32,030 nucleotides of DNA from Deltaproteobacteria bacterium RIFCSPHIGHO2_12_FULL_43_9. Lineage in GTDB: Bacteria; Bdellovibrionota; O2-12-FULL-43-9. Below, one piece after another: positions 1 through 9,522 of the stretch (within the stretch, counting starts at the first letter, position 1; every line of letters begins with the position of its first letter). The notes under the pieces are model-generated. The model was not told the origin of the DNA. It ran no database searches and worked only from the letters and a program-made list of their open reading frames with translations. The translations under genes and the position numbers were made by a program. The stretch spans positions 1 through 32,030 of the forward strand of contig MGRR01000030.1 of NCBI GenBank assembly GCA_001798265.1, written 5' to 3'.

Positions 1-99
1 GGGTAATAAAAAATTGCGATTAAAAGCACTATTGATAAAAAGGAAAATATCTGAAATTTTTTAATGTTTATGTGGGGGGTATTGCTTTCCATGATCTTA

Positions 100-2301
100 T
101 TATGATCCTTTTGAATTTATGGTATTTTTCAGATCCTCTATACTCTTGTTAATAAAGTAAGAAGAATAATGCTTTTTAGATATTTTGTTGTCAATTTTAA
201 ATAGATCCAAGGGCCCGGCATCAGAAGGGATTGCGTAAAAGAGGCCAAACGCTCTAATTAGTTGATATCCTTTGTAATTTTTATCATACATATATATTGG
301 TTCATGCCCATGCAGGGATAACTGGTCAAATTTTAAATGTGTATGATCATAAACCTTCTCATTAATTTCCGAAAGAGATGATGCTTTTAGAAGAGTCTGA
401 TAATCACTGCGATTATATGAATAAAATCCCTCGAGGTGGTGTAGGGCGTAATATTCATTGTTGTAACAATATGTATTAAATACTGGCCCAACCTTTATTA
501 ATTGTGGTCCTATGATATATCCGAGATTGTTGATCGTATATTGTTCTGTTTTATTAAATATAACATGCCCATCTTTAATCACAGCAATATAGTCCGGGTT
601 TTGGCTATTTTCATATCTTCTGAAGATTAATGTCGTGAATGGCACACCGTGAAAAGAGTAAACAGGATCTGAATTTTCCAGATCGAAATGAATTGAGGTG
701 GTTGGTGAGTGATCGTTAATAAAATCCCTGGTGCCGGCAACAATGGAGTATAGATTGCTTTGGGTGGTTCTTATACCACTGTTTAATTTAAAGAGCGTTA
801 TGGAATCATCAAAATTGATCATCCAGAGCATAATAATAAGAGATACAACCATCCACTGTTTTAATTTAGAGAAGCCAATCAATAAAAACGGCATAATTAG
901 TAAAAAGAATAATATAAAACCCATGTAAGCATAGTATGAACTGGATGTTAGGAGGGATGAATGAATATTGGAATTTAACCTGCCAAAGATGATGATACCA
1001 AGATACCCGCAATACGTTATCAATAATACAACGAGCAATGAAATTAAGCTTCTACTCGCGGACTTTAAAAGGGGTTTAGCCCTGGTAATTACAATAAAGA
1101 GCAGGTAGGCAACCATTATAATTGAGAGGATGGTATAAAAATTAAAACCCTCTCCCCGCAGATCTCCTATGACCAGCCTGCTTCCGAACGAGTATCTGGC
1201 CAGGCTTGGTATCAATGGATGGAGGGTTGTGTAGCCCAGTAAAACGATAGCATTTGAAATTGTCTTCATTATTGGGCCGGTTAAAAAAATCTCTTTCCAA
1301 TTATAATATTGCAGTGGCCCCTCAAGGTGCCTATTTAAATCGAACCAATTTATTATGTGATAGATAATCGGTATTGAAGAAAATAGTAAGAAAATCGATA
1401 TGCCAAGCTTTAAGTTTGTTTTCCTAAAACTGAAAAACAGATAGGATCCAAAAAGTAAAGTCATCAATAACCCAAGCTCATATGTAAATGAGGCAATAAA
1501 AAGTAAAGACCAGATAAAAAAGATATATTTCTTTGGGTTATCATCAATTTTTAATAAAAAGTAGAAAGATGAAAGCATTAAAATGACAAACAATAGATAT
1601 CCCTGGATATGTGTCCAGATTACCTGCTCGATTAACACGGGATTTAGCGCTACAAATGCCAGCAAGGAAAAAATAATTAATTTTAACCACGTCATCCCGA
1701 GTATTACGTCATTGCGAGGAGGACCAAAGGTCCGACGAAGCAATCCCGAGATTGCTTCCCCCCGACGGCTTCGCCTGGGGGCTGAAGGCTTTTTTCGCTC
1801 GCAATGACGAAGGTCGTCATTCCGAGGGAGCCCTTCGCGTTCGCTCAGGACAGGCTGCGCGACCGAAGGAATCTCTGTCAACGAGATTGCTTCGCTATGA
1901 GGTCGGATAATATTTAAAAGTCGAATAGAAATGATCCACAGCAGAAAAATGACCAGGATATGTAATAAAATACCGCATAGCTGCTGAATAAAAAAATTGG
2001 TTTCAAAAAAGTATTTGTGGAAGGCCAAAATTGAATGTAGAACAGGTCTGAATAACTTATAGTCGCCCCCGTCTATTTGTCTCGATCTTGTATATGAATA
2101 GGAGTTGGACAGAATCTCTTTAAAATTATGATTGTCTAAATTATTGATAAGATATGTGATCTGATCCCCTCTTGGCACATGATATAGAGATGGGTAATAG
2201 CTGAAAAAGACTAAAAATATTAGCACACACCAAAGTACCAAAAAGAGGATATTTTCACTTATTTTTTTGTGTAGAAATATTGAAATAATCTCTAGCTCCA
2301 T
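100..2301 (-). CDS. Large polytopic membrane protein, family A (paralogue of 4119..6212). Putative GT-C-type (PMT_2/TMTC-like) glycosyltransferase. Carries an in-frame repeat-element insertion.
   Basis: 733-codon ORF with many hydrophobic segments. First-loop motif PRGDQITY...N...YKLFRPV parallels PRGDHWN...VVLFRPA in 4119..6212. C-terminal similarity too (NPDYIAVIKDGHVIF vs NPDYIFIIKDRKVNF). About 70 Arg/Pro-rich residues (RPHSEAISL...PPRNDVILG) have no counterpart in the paralogue and are encoded by the GC-rich element at 1691..1906. Confidence 0.6.
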   Translation of the reverse strand: MELEIISIFLHKKISENILFLVLWCVLIFLVFFSYYPSLYHVPRGDQITYLINNLDNHNFKEILSNSYSYTRSRQIDGGDYKLFRPVLHSILAFHKYFFETNFFIQQLCGILLHILVIFLLWIISIRLLNIIRPHSEAISLTEIPSVAQPVLSEREGLPRNDDLRHCERKKPSAPRRSRRGEAISGLLRRTFGPPRNDVILGMTWLKLIIFSLLAFVALNPVLIEQVIWTHIQGYLLFVILMLSSFYFLLKIDDNPKKYIFFIWSLLFIASFTYELGLLMTLLFGSYLFFSFRKTNLKLGISIFLLFSSIPIIYHIINWFDLNRHLEGPLQYYNWKEIFLTGPIMKTISNAIVLLGYTTLHPLIPSLARYSFGSRLVIGDLRGEGFNFYTILSIIMVAYLLFIVITRAKPLLKSASRSLISLLVVLLITYCGYLGIIIFGRLNSNIHSSLLTSSSYYAYMGFILFFLLIMPFLLIGFSKLKQWMVVSLIIMLWMINFDDSITLFKLNSGIRTTQSNLYSIVAGTRDFINDHSPTTSIHFDLENSDPVYSFHGVPFTTLIFRRYENSQNPDYIAVIKDGHVIFNKTEQYTINNLGYIIGPQLIKVGPVFNTYCYNNEYYALHHLEGFYSYNRSDYQTLLKASSLSEINEKVYDHTHLKFDQLSLHGHEPIYMYDKNYKGYQLIRAFGLFYAIPSDAGPLDLFKIDNKISKKHYSSYFINKSIEDLKNTINSKGS
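1691..1906. repeat. GC-rich composite palindromic repeat element (REP/MITE-like), inserted in frame in CDS 100..2301
   Basis: G+C by hand: 39/60 in 1721..1780, against 23/60 in 1621..1680 and 21/60 in 1921..1980. Perfect 12-bp inverted repeat cgtcattgcgag (1707..1718) / ctcgcaatgacg (1798..1809). Hairpins: gaagcaatc-ccga-gattgcttc (1737..1758), ggacc-aaa-ggtcc (1721..1733), atgacga-agg-tcgtcat (1804..1820). Direct repeats: gtcatcccgag (1691..1701) / gtcattccgag (1816..1826), and cgagattgcttc (1747..1758 and 1882..1893). Boundaries are approximate. Confidence 0.7.
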
Positions 2302-2380
2302 CTATTTATGAAGACTATTCGACACTAGTATATGGATATGGCAAAAACAAGGCTTAAAAAATAAGCGGAGGGGCAGGATT
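2302..2380. promoter_or_regulatory. 79-bp divergent intergenic region, presumed to hold promoters for 100..2301 (-) and the 2381..8011 (+) operon, plus the RBS for 2381
   Basis: It is the only non-coding DNA between two divergent genes. GGAGGGG ends 8 nt upstream of the GTG at 2381. I cannot name confident -35/-10 boxes. Confidence 0.3.
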
Positions 2381-4141
2381 GTGATCGAGCGGTTCCGCGA
2401 AGCAAAACTAGGATATTTTATTATTCCAATCTACGTTATGGCTCTCTATATCGGTACAATCTCATCATATATAAAATTTAATAATAGAATCCTCCCTTCT
2501 GGTGACCCATTTTCCTATACCTTGGGATTCTTCAGGATTTTAGATGTCGCACGCAATAACTATCTTGATGGTCTGTTATTTGCGTTACAGAGCAATTTTT
2601 ATTGGTTAATAAATCTAATGGTCGCCATTTTTTCACCGATTCTTGTAAAAGAACCTGTATCGATATCGGTTATTAATTTTATCGCATGGGGTATCGCGTC
2701 AGCTTCATTTTACCGATTAGGCTTGCATCTGAAATTAGGTTTTAAATTTTCACTCTTTTTTTCACTTATTATCTGGATTTATCCTATTAATTTTGGATTT
2801 TTAGATCATAGCTCTATTCCTGTTCTTGCGCTCGATGCCATGTTTCTTGGGTTTTTGCACATTGCCCTGGCCAACACGATTATTTTTAGCATTGAGCCAA
2901 AAAGTTATAAAAATATGCTCATAGCGGCTATTTCAATCGGATTATCCATTTGGGGAAGGGGTAATTCTGCGCCAGTTGTTTTTTTGGTGGTTTTTATTCC
3001 TCTGCTTGTCTTAATTTATAAAATGTTCACCAAAGATAGTAATAGAAGGATAACAACCAATTTAATACTGTTTGCGACAATCATTTCAGCAATGGGGTTT
3101 ATTTATTACTATATGCAATATGCGCCCATTAAATTATATTATAGCGCCCAAAAGGACTTTGTTGAAAGGCATGCATGGAATTTAAGGGATGCCCTTCCTT
3201 TTCTTGTAAATGTTCCTGGATTCTTCTTTTGGCGGGTTGAGAATTCAATTGCTACAATTGGATTAAGTATTTTGATGCATTTGCTGGTTATAAGCAGCCT
3301 TTTAATCAATATCAGAAAAATTTCATTTCCTCCTAAAGATCATATTGCCTTTCTGTCCGTGATTGGTGGCTTCATTTATTTTGCAACCTATTTTATTAGC
3401 ATACTTCTTTTTACAGATCCACTTATAACATTGCACAATTGCCTGTTGATTTATGCTCCTATGCGCATAGGGCTCTCACTCTGTCTAATGACGATTATTA
3501 TCAGCACAGTCCAGAGGTTCAACATAGAGATTAAAAATGTAGTAGTATATGGCTGTGTGATTTTTATCATTTATTGCGGTGCTACATTATCTAGAAAATT
3601 AACACCTGAGGTTACGGCTGAGAGTCTTAAACCCTCTGAGGTCGAGGCATTCTCTATCAAACTGGGGGATATGGTCCATAGTGGTGGTGTCAGTATTTTA
3701 TGGTATAGCAATTACAATCCTAAAATTATAAATTATTTCAGAAGGAAAAATAATTTACCTGAGATCCAGATTTATTCAGGCAAATATTATAATGATCTCT
3801 GGGCTCCGCTAGGTTACACTGAAGAAAAAAGATTGCATGTAAGGGAAGAAATCGTAGCGCATTTTGAAAATGCTGATCTAATTATTATTCCGGAATATTT
3901 AGATTATTATGATAGAAATGCCCCCTATCCGTTGTATAGATTCAAGGATGAAATACTAAAATATCTGAATTCTACAGAAGCTCCGAGGTTTGCTGTACGT
4001 ATGATTATACAGGAGAATGTTGGTAGACGTCTCCTGGTCTTGCAGCGGGCAGGTGCATCCGATGGTGCTGGAGAATTGTTGAAGCTACCATATTTGAAAT
4101 CCAAGTTAGCGATAGATAATGAACGTGAAGCATCAAGATAA
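2381..4141 (+). CDS. Large polytopic membrane protein, family B (paralogue of 27175..28941), with a soluble C-terminal domain of about 170 aa. Possible GT-C-like glycosyltransferase or polymerase.
   Basis: 586-codon ORF with a GTG start preceded by a Shine-Dalgarno-like GGAGGGG. Blocks shared with 27175..28941: LPSGDPF[ST]YT[LV]GFF, YWLIN, FSPIL[VI]KEP, WGRGNS, FTDPL, NCLLIYAPMRIG, LKLPY. I do not recognise a named family motif. Confidence 0.6.
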   Translation: MIERFREAKLGYFIIPIYVMALYIGTISSYIKFNNRILPSGDPFSYTLGFFRILDVARNNYLDGLLFALQSNFYWLINLMVAIFSPILVKEPVSISVINFIAWGIASASFYRLGLHLKLGFKFSLFFSLIIWIYPINFGFLDHSSIPVLALDAMFLGFLHIALANTIIFSIEPKSYKNMLIAAISIGLSIWGRGNSAPVVFLVVFIPLLVLIYKMFTKDSNRRITTNLILFATIISAMGFIYYYMQYAPIKLYYSAQKDFVERHAWNLRDALPFLVNVPGFFFWRVENSIATIGLSILMHLLVISSLLINIRKISFPPKDHIAFLSVIGGFIYFATYFISILLFTDPLITLHNCLLIYAPMRIGLSLCLMTIIISTVQRFNIEIKNVVVYGCVIFIIYCGATLSRKLTPEVTAESLKPSEVEAFSIKLGDMVHSGGVSILWYSNYNPKIINYFRRKNNLPEIQIYSGKYYNDLWAPLGYTEEKRLHVREEIVAHFENADLIIIPEYLDYYDRNAPYPLYRFKDEILKYLNSTEAPRFAVRMIIQENVGRRLLVLQRAGASDGAGELLKLPYLKSKLAIDNEREASR

Positions 4142-6212
4142 AATAAACCTATATAATTTATATCCACTATTAACAGTAATTGTTCTGATTATTGTCTATA
4201 TTCCTTCACTGTTTCATCTTCCCCGAGGTGATCACTGGAATATTCTAATGCACACGCTGGGTACTAGTGATTTAGCCGAGATGATCAAGAAATCATATTC
4301 CTACGCAAGACAATCCCTGATAGCGCCTGGCGATGTAGTTCTATTCAGGCCTGCACAGAGTACCTGGCTTGCAATTGAAAAATATTTATTTGGTTCAAGT
4401 TCAATGTGGCCGCAGATCCTTAGCTTCTTTTTACATGTCTCAATATTTATATTGCTAAATTATTTACTCTTTTTGTGGTTTAACCTGATCGATAAGGGCA
4501 ACAAAGGTTTGCAAAATGCTAAGGGTGCTACAAGGTTTTTGCTGCCACTCATAACCGCCTTTTTCATTCTAAACTTTTCTATTGTGGAGCTTGCTATCTG
4601 GGCATCCCTTAAGGGATATTTGTTTTTCTTCGCGCTATTATTAATCGGTCTAATCTTCTGTACAAAATTAATTTCACAGCCGGTGAATTTTAAATTAAAA
4701 TATCTACTTTATGCATGGATTGCATTCCTCATTAATGCCTTTACGTATGAATTTGGTCAATTTGTCTGTTTGATAGTAGGATTTATTGTCGGAGCTTTTC
4801 TGTTCAGGTCCGGCAACAAGAAGGGTGGGCTTCTGCTTCTTGCTTCCTTTGCATCCATATTCTTCATATACCGGGCAATTAATTCTTTCGATTACAATCT
4901 GCACCTTAAGAACATTAGCTACATGAAGGAATTTGGAATTCCGACAGGCGAAACCACGTATAGCTATGGTAACATGATAAAATCCTTTTTTTCCATCCCT
5001 ACCGCAAAAAACCTCTGGCACATATTAAGCTATACGATTTTTACTCCTTTTTTCCCGTTGACTACGCATATACATGCTGCTGGTAAAGTATATATCGTCA
5101 AACCAGATTTATTGCACTTTAGTTATTTGGCTATTCCATCTTATCTGTTAATATTTTTGTGGTGCTATTTCCTTATTAGTGGGGTTATTAAGGCATTTAA
5201 AAATAATAATGTATACTTTAAGTATCTATTTATTTTAGTTTCTTTAATTTACGGTGCCTACCTTTCTATAGCCGTGCTAGGGAGAATGAACCTAAGACCT
5301 GATTACTCGGAGTTGGCACAATATTCATATTATAACTACATGGGGTTCGGCTTTTTTATGATTTTAAGCGCCCTGGCCATTTATTACAATTTTCAAAACG
5401 TATCAAAATTTAACACAATAAAAAAATCCATATTTTATTCTTTTATCGCCTTCGTCTTTGTAGTTACCATTATGAGTACATTGATCGTTTTTAAAATCAA
5501 TAAGAGTGTTCTTCAATATCAGTCTTATTTGAGGAATATAACGGGGCAAATTGAGGGTTTTATAGCCAATCATCAAACCGATAAGAAGCTTAGAATCTCA
5601 TTCGATATAAAAAACTCGGATTATACGCCAATGGTGGCTGGTGCCGGAATCCCAAGTGTTTACCTCTTCTTTTACAATATGATCGATTCAAGGAATCCAG
5701 ATTATATCTTCATTATCAAGGATAGAAAGGTGAATTTTTATACAAGGGCGGAATATTACAAGCAATATGGAAAAAACAGATATCTTGAATTAAAGATAGC
5801 AAAGGTGGTTAGTCCATATAAAATATATGAGTACGATAATATTTATTATGGAGTACCACACTGGTATCTGACTTATGATCCTTTAACGGATAAAGGGGGC
5901 TTCATTATAAAGGATAGAAATATTGCGAATATCATCAAGAATATTCCCGTAAAGATGAAGGAACTAAACAAGAAGATTGAAAGTGGTGCATTAATGCCAC
6001 CATTTGATTATGGTATGCATTTAATAGAGAAGGACTACAGGGGATTTAATATTACCAAGCATTTCTACTGGTATTTTGCGACCCCAAAGGAGTATGGTGA
6101 TTTATCTATTGAGAGCATCGACAGGAATCTATATAAGAAATGGTTTTCCTCCACCTCCCTTGATTCTTTATATAGAGATATTAATGTGTCCGTTAGTCGT
6201 ACGGGTTCATAA
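4119..6212 (+). CDS. Large polytopic membrane protein, family A (paralogue of 100..2301). Putative GT-C-type (PMT_2/TMTC-like) glycosyltransferase.
   Basis: 697-codon ORF overlapping the upstream gene by 23 nt. Has the PRGD...N...LFRP first-loop signature followed by many TM segments. The C-terminal soluble region carries two copies of the Y-x-x-x-[FY]-[FY]-[AG]-x-P type module (see findings). Confidence 0.6.
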   Translation: MNVKHQDKINLYNLYPLLTVIVLIIVYIPSLFHLPRGDHWNILMHTLGTSDLAEMIKKSYSYARQSLIAPGDVVLFRPAQSTWLAIEKYLFGSSSMWPQILSFFLHVSIFILLNYLLFLWFNLIDKGNKGLQNAKGATRFLLPLITAFFILNFSIVELAIWASLKGYLFFFALLLIGLIFCTKLISQPVNFKLKYLLYAWIAFLINAFTYEFGQFVCLIVGFIVGAFLFRSGNKKGGLLLLASFASIFFIYRAINSFDYNLHLKNISYMKEFGIPTGETTYSYGNMIKSFFSIPTAKNLWHILSYTIFTPFFPLTTHIHAAGKVYIVKPDLLHFSYLAIPSYLLIFLWCYFLISGVIKAFKNNNVYFKYLFILVSLIYGAYLSIAVLGRMNLRPDYSELAQYSYYNYMGFGFFMILSALAIYYNFQNVSKFNTIKKSIFYSFIAFVFVVTIMSTLIVFKINKSVLQYQSYLRNITGQIEGFIANHQTDKKLRISFDIKNSDYTPMVAGAGIPSVYLFFYNMIDSRNPDYIFIIKDRKVNFYTRAEYYKQYGKNRYLELKIAKVVSPYKIYEYDNIYYGVPHWYLTYDPLTDKGGFIIKDRNIANIIKNIPVKMKELNKKIESGALMPPFDYGMHLIEKDYRGFNITKHFYWYFATPKEYGDLSIESIDRNLYKKWFSSTSLDSLYRDINVSVSRTGS

Positions 6213-6214
6213 AT

Positions 6215-8011
6215 ATGCACAGAGGATTCCTGCGTTCCGTAGTGGTTTTTCTGGTAGTCGCAGCCGGTTTTTTAGCGCTAAGATCGACGGTGGGACTTGT
6301 CTGGAATGATAGCCCACAAACTGCTGAGAACCTCTATGATTTTAATCAGGTGGTTGGTGATGATGAATCCAAAACACCGCTTTGTCGCTCCTCCGGTGCC
6401 TCGGGATTGCGTTGGGGGTCCCCACATTTAATTAAAACAATATTTGCAAGGGCATTTTCATGTATTGAATTTGGTGGGTATAGACCGCTAAGCGCGGCTC
6501 TTTCGTTTGTCGCTGTATCGATTTTCAGTAATCCGGCATCAAAGGATAATCTGGGAAAAATATGGATGATATTGGTTGCGTTGTTATTCGGATTGCTTGC
6601 TCTACTCCTTTTCAATATTGCCCGCAGGTTTGTTCAGACAGACCTTACTGCGTATATAATCCTGCTTCTTTTCTTTTTTTCACCCCCAATGATTTCTGGC
6701 TCATGGATTATGTTTTCAGGTGGCATTCAGGTAACCGTTCCATTATTAATTTGCCTCGGAATTTGGTTATATTTTAAGACGGCTGAAGCAGGACGATTTA
6801 GGCTTCTTTGGCAAATAGGTTTATTTTGCTCGTTCATTGTATCCCCCTGGGTACGTGAATTTACCGGTATTGTGCCGATACTCATAATATTGCTTGAATT
6901 TCAGAAGCATCGGCGGCTAACGCATATTATAACCGTGGCAGTTTTTGGTTTTCTTCACGCACTATTTCCAACTGCCATAATGAGCATTTTTATACCGAAT
7001 CTCCCATTATCAATGGTATTCAAGCTTGGTTATCTTTCGGAGCAATTGCATGCAAGCCTAGAATCATCATCCATTATCTGGCAAATATTACATCTGAAAT
7101 GGTGGGTTGTTAAAGTATTAATGCTGACCGTACCTCCGCTCCTGCTGCTTATATCGGGTATTGCACTTGTTTCAACCCTTAGAAAAGAGATGGAGACAGT
7201 TACAAATAATATTTCCAATATATTATTTCTCTCGGTTTGGTTTTTGCTCTCTTTTCTACCTTTTCTAAAGGTGTTCACGGTCCACGTGCATCTCTTATAT
7301 TCCTTAATGCCGGCGCTTATATTAATCGGTTTATTAACTGAAACATTTTGGATTAAAATATTTAAAAAGGCATTCTCTGGGCGATTTTCATGGAAAAGCA
7401 CCATACTGATCCCACTTTTTTTTATAGCGTTGTTAGATCAAATGTTAAACGCATATGGGGCCTATATAACAGTGAGCGCCATGTATGGTGGGATTCAGCA
7501 TCTGGCGGATTGGTTTCAACATAACATACCCAGGGGATCAATAATAATCGCGAACGCGTTGCATGCCGAGGATATAAGATATTATTCAGAGAATCATATT
7601 ATGCCTTATTGGAGTGTTGGAATCGGCGTGCCAGCTGAACGAACGCTGCCTGATCCTAGAGCGTTGTCCAAGTTTTTAAGTAATAATTACGAGTCGAAGC
7701 AGATATATATGCTAAATATTGATCAGGATTTTGCTCCACATAAGTATCATTATCATGCTCACCAGTATGTAATTAACAAAAACGTAAAACTTGCTTCCTT
7801 GGGACAGATTCACTCTGTTTTAAGAAGATTTCCATATTTGGATCCATTAAAAATATTTTACCCAAAGCGAAACGTACTATTTTTGGGTCCGCCAGATCTT
7901 GAAAACGATGTTTATCTCGGGCATGAGAGATCGGGTAAACCATTTTTAAACGAGATTTCAGTAAATTATTATTTATATAGAGTTACAGACCCTAGGGTGA
8001 CTTTATATTAG
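6215..8011 (+). CDS. Large polytopic membrane protein, family C, short form (paralogue of 12158..14311). Putative GT-C-type (PMT_2/TMTC-like) glycosyltransferase.
   Basis: 598-codon ORF starting 2 nt after the stop of 4119..6212. Blocks shared with 12158..14311: LVWNDSPQTAEN, FSC[IL]EFGGYRPL, WFLLSFLPFLKVF, IIANALHAEDIRYYS, PYWSV, DLEND[VI]Y[LF]GH. The acidic/Asn loop followed by YRPL resembles the DD...N...YRPL signature I associate with TMTC/PMT_2-type GT-C enzymes. Confidence 0.6.
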   Translation: MHRGFLRSVVVFLVVAAGFLALRSTVGLVWNDSPQTAENLYDFNQVVGDDESKTPLCRSSGASGLRWGSPHLIKTIFARAFSCIEFGGYRPLSAALSFVAVSIFSNPASKDNLGKIWMILVALLFGLLALLLFNIARRFVQTDLTAYIILLLFFFSPPMISGSWIMFSGGIQVTVPLLICLGIWLYFKTAEAGRFRLLWQIGLFCSFIVSPWVREFTGIVPILIILLEFQKHRRLTHIITVAVFGFLHALFPTAIMSIFIPNLPLSMVFKLGYLSEQLHASLESSSIIWQILHLKWWVVKVLMLTVPPLLLLISGIALVSTLRKEMETVTNNISNILFLSVWFLLSFLPFLKVFTVHVHLLYSLMPALILIGLLTETFWIKIFKKAFSGRFSWKSTILIPLFFIALLDQMLNAYGAYITVSAMYGGIQHLADWFQHNIPRGSIIIANALHAEDIRYYSENHIMPYWSVGIGVPAERTLPDPRALSKFLSNNYESKQIYMLNIDQDFAPHKYHYHAHQYVINKNVKLASLGQIHSVLRRFPYLDPLKIFYPKRNVLFLGPPDLENDVYLGHERSGKPFLNEISVNYYLYRVTDPRVTLY

Positions 8012-8046
8012 TAATGGTCTCTGCTTCTATTGAATTTTTCAGGATA

Positions 8047-9522
8047 CTATCCTTCTTGGTTAAATTCTGTTTTTAAGCCCTGGAACCAATACCGGAAATA
8101 GATCATAAGTACTTTTATCCATGTTATTGGATTTTTGGTATTTGCAGTCGGAACAATTTTACGGGACATTACATATGAACTTACAACTGAATATGCTATG
8201 GCATATATTCTTGTCAGACTAAATCTTGCCAGAACTCTCAATAACCGTTCTGGAAAAAATGGAATTATGCAATATAAGGGGCCCAAATAAATCAGTCTCT
8301 GATGAACCTTTTTTTCGTACTCTGGAAAGCAGTTAAACACAGATTTTTCTGAACAGCTCGGAAACCTGTCAAAATCTTTATCAAGATAACCATTTTCTAC
8401 AGCATACTTGGTTATGTCTGTTCCCGCGTATGGTGCACAGATATTAAATACTGGTACAGTCAATTTAACCTTCTTTGCAAAAAGAACGCTTTGAAAATCA
8501 TCCTCAAGTTTCGATCCCGGAACACCTATGATTATTCCACCATATGTGGTTATGTTGTATTTGGCTGCAAGTTCAAAAGATTTCATAATTACCTCATTTG
8601 ATAAATTTCTCTTTAGAACAATGTTCCTGATATCTGGATTCCCAGCTTCGAGGGCCATGCCAATAGATTTACATCCCGCATACGATAAAAGTTGTGCAAC
8701 GTCTTCAGTAAGAACATTAGATCGCATGAGGCAATAAAATGGTAAGCTTATTTCTCTTCTGTACTTTTCAGCAAACTCCTCGAGCCACGGACTTTTATTG
8801 AAAATAAATACATCATCTGCAAACTTTACGAATCTCAATGGTGGGAAATACTTTTTTACATATTTAATTTCTTCTATAAGATTGTCAACTGATCTCCTGC
8901 GATGGATCTTACCTGCTTTCTTAAACATAGTATTGTATGCATGGTTGAAACAATAAGAACATTGGAAAGGACATCCCCGGCCAGCTAAGAATGACCGCAT
9001 TGCAATTTGGCTAAGGGTTGGACGTGCACGATAGAAGAGAGCCCTATCAACAAAAGGTAATGAATCAAGATCATCTACAACTTGCTTCTCAACAGTGGTC
9101 TCTCCTCTGCACATAACATTTGGAATTCCAGAAATGCCATCATTATTTTCAACCCTCTCTAGAATAGTCGTGAAAGCAAGCTCACCCTCTCCGACACAAA
9201 TTGCATCGAGGTCCATTGTATTCAGGACATTCTGGAAATATGTAGGATGAGGCCCCCCCATTATTCTTAAAATATTTTTTCCGGATGATTGAAGATATTC
9301 TTTGACTTCGTTATCATGCTTTATGAACATACGTTCATCAGCACTCATTGTGCTGTATGCGATTAAATCTGGTTGCATTGCTTTCACTGCATCAACAACT
9401 GAATGCAAACCGATTACTGCCATATCGGTTTTATGGCCTCTTTTCCTAGCTATAGCTGAGAGTTGCAAGGTACCCATGGGTTCTTGAAAATAAACGCCAG
9501 ATATAACAAAGAGAATCTTCAT
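8047..9522 (-). CDS. Cobalamin-binding-domain radical SAM enzyme (class B radical SAM)
   Basis: CxxxCxxC cluster motif GCPFQCSYCFN. The N-terminal flavodoxin-like B12-binding region begins MKILFVISG and continues to MGGPHPT...ICVGEGE. The ORF track extends to 9654, but the extra 44 codons precede the conserved beta1 strand, so I prefer Met at 9522. No clear SD sequence. Confidence 0.75.
   Translation of the reverse strand: MKILFVISGVYFQEPMGTLQLSAIARKRGHKTDMAVIGLHSVVDAVKAMQPDLIAYSTMSADERMFIKHDNEVKEYLQSSGKNILRIMGGPHPTYFQNVLNTMDLDAICVGEGELAFTTILERVENNDGISGIPNVMCRGETTVEKQVVDDLDSLPFVDRALFYRARPTLSQIAMRSFLAGRGCPFQCSYCFNHAYNTMFKKAGKIHRRRSVDNLIEEIKYVKKYFPPLRFVKFADDVFIFNKSPWLEEFAEKYRREISLPFYCLMRSNVLTEDVAQLLSYAGCKSIGMALEAGNPDIRNIVLKRNLSNEVIMKSFELAAKYNITTYGGIIIGVPGSKLEDDFQSVLFAKKVKLTVPVFNICAPYAGTDITKYAVENGYLDKDFDRFPSCSEKSVFNCFPEYEKKVHQRLIYLGPLYCIIPFFPERLLRVLARFSLTRIYAIAYSVVSSYVMSRKIVPTANTKNPITWIKVLMIYFRYWFQGLKTEFNQEG

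Noticed and set aside
1-99. Non-coding leader at the window edge, downstream of 100..2301. Checked for a terminator or RNA gene.
   Set aside because: No stem-loop with a T-tract and no tRNA-like features are visible. It is too short and truncated by the window edge to interpret.
1583-1807. 74-aa plus-strand ORF (MTNNRYPWICVQ...RRLRLGAEGFFRSQ)
   Set aside because: It lies antisense within CDS 100..2301. It owes its openness to the GC-rich repeat element at 1691..1906 and has no start context or coherent protein features. It is an artefact of the element.
2302-2380. Both divergent intergenic regions (2302..2380 and 20052..20130) are exactly 79 bp. Considered a duplicated control module.
   Set aside because: Aligned by eye, the two sequences share only short words (acaaggct / acaaaggct) at different distances from the start codons. 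The equal length looks coincidental.
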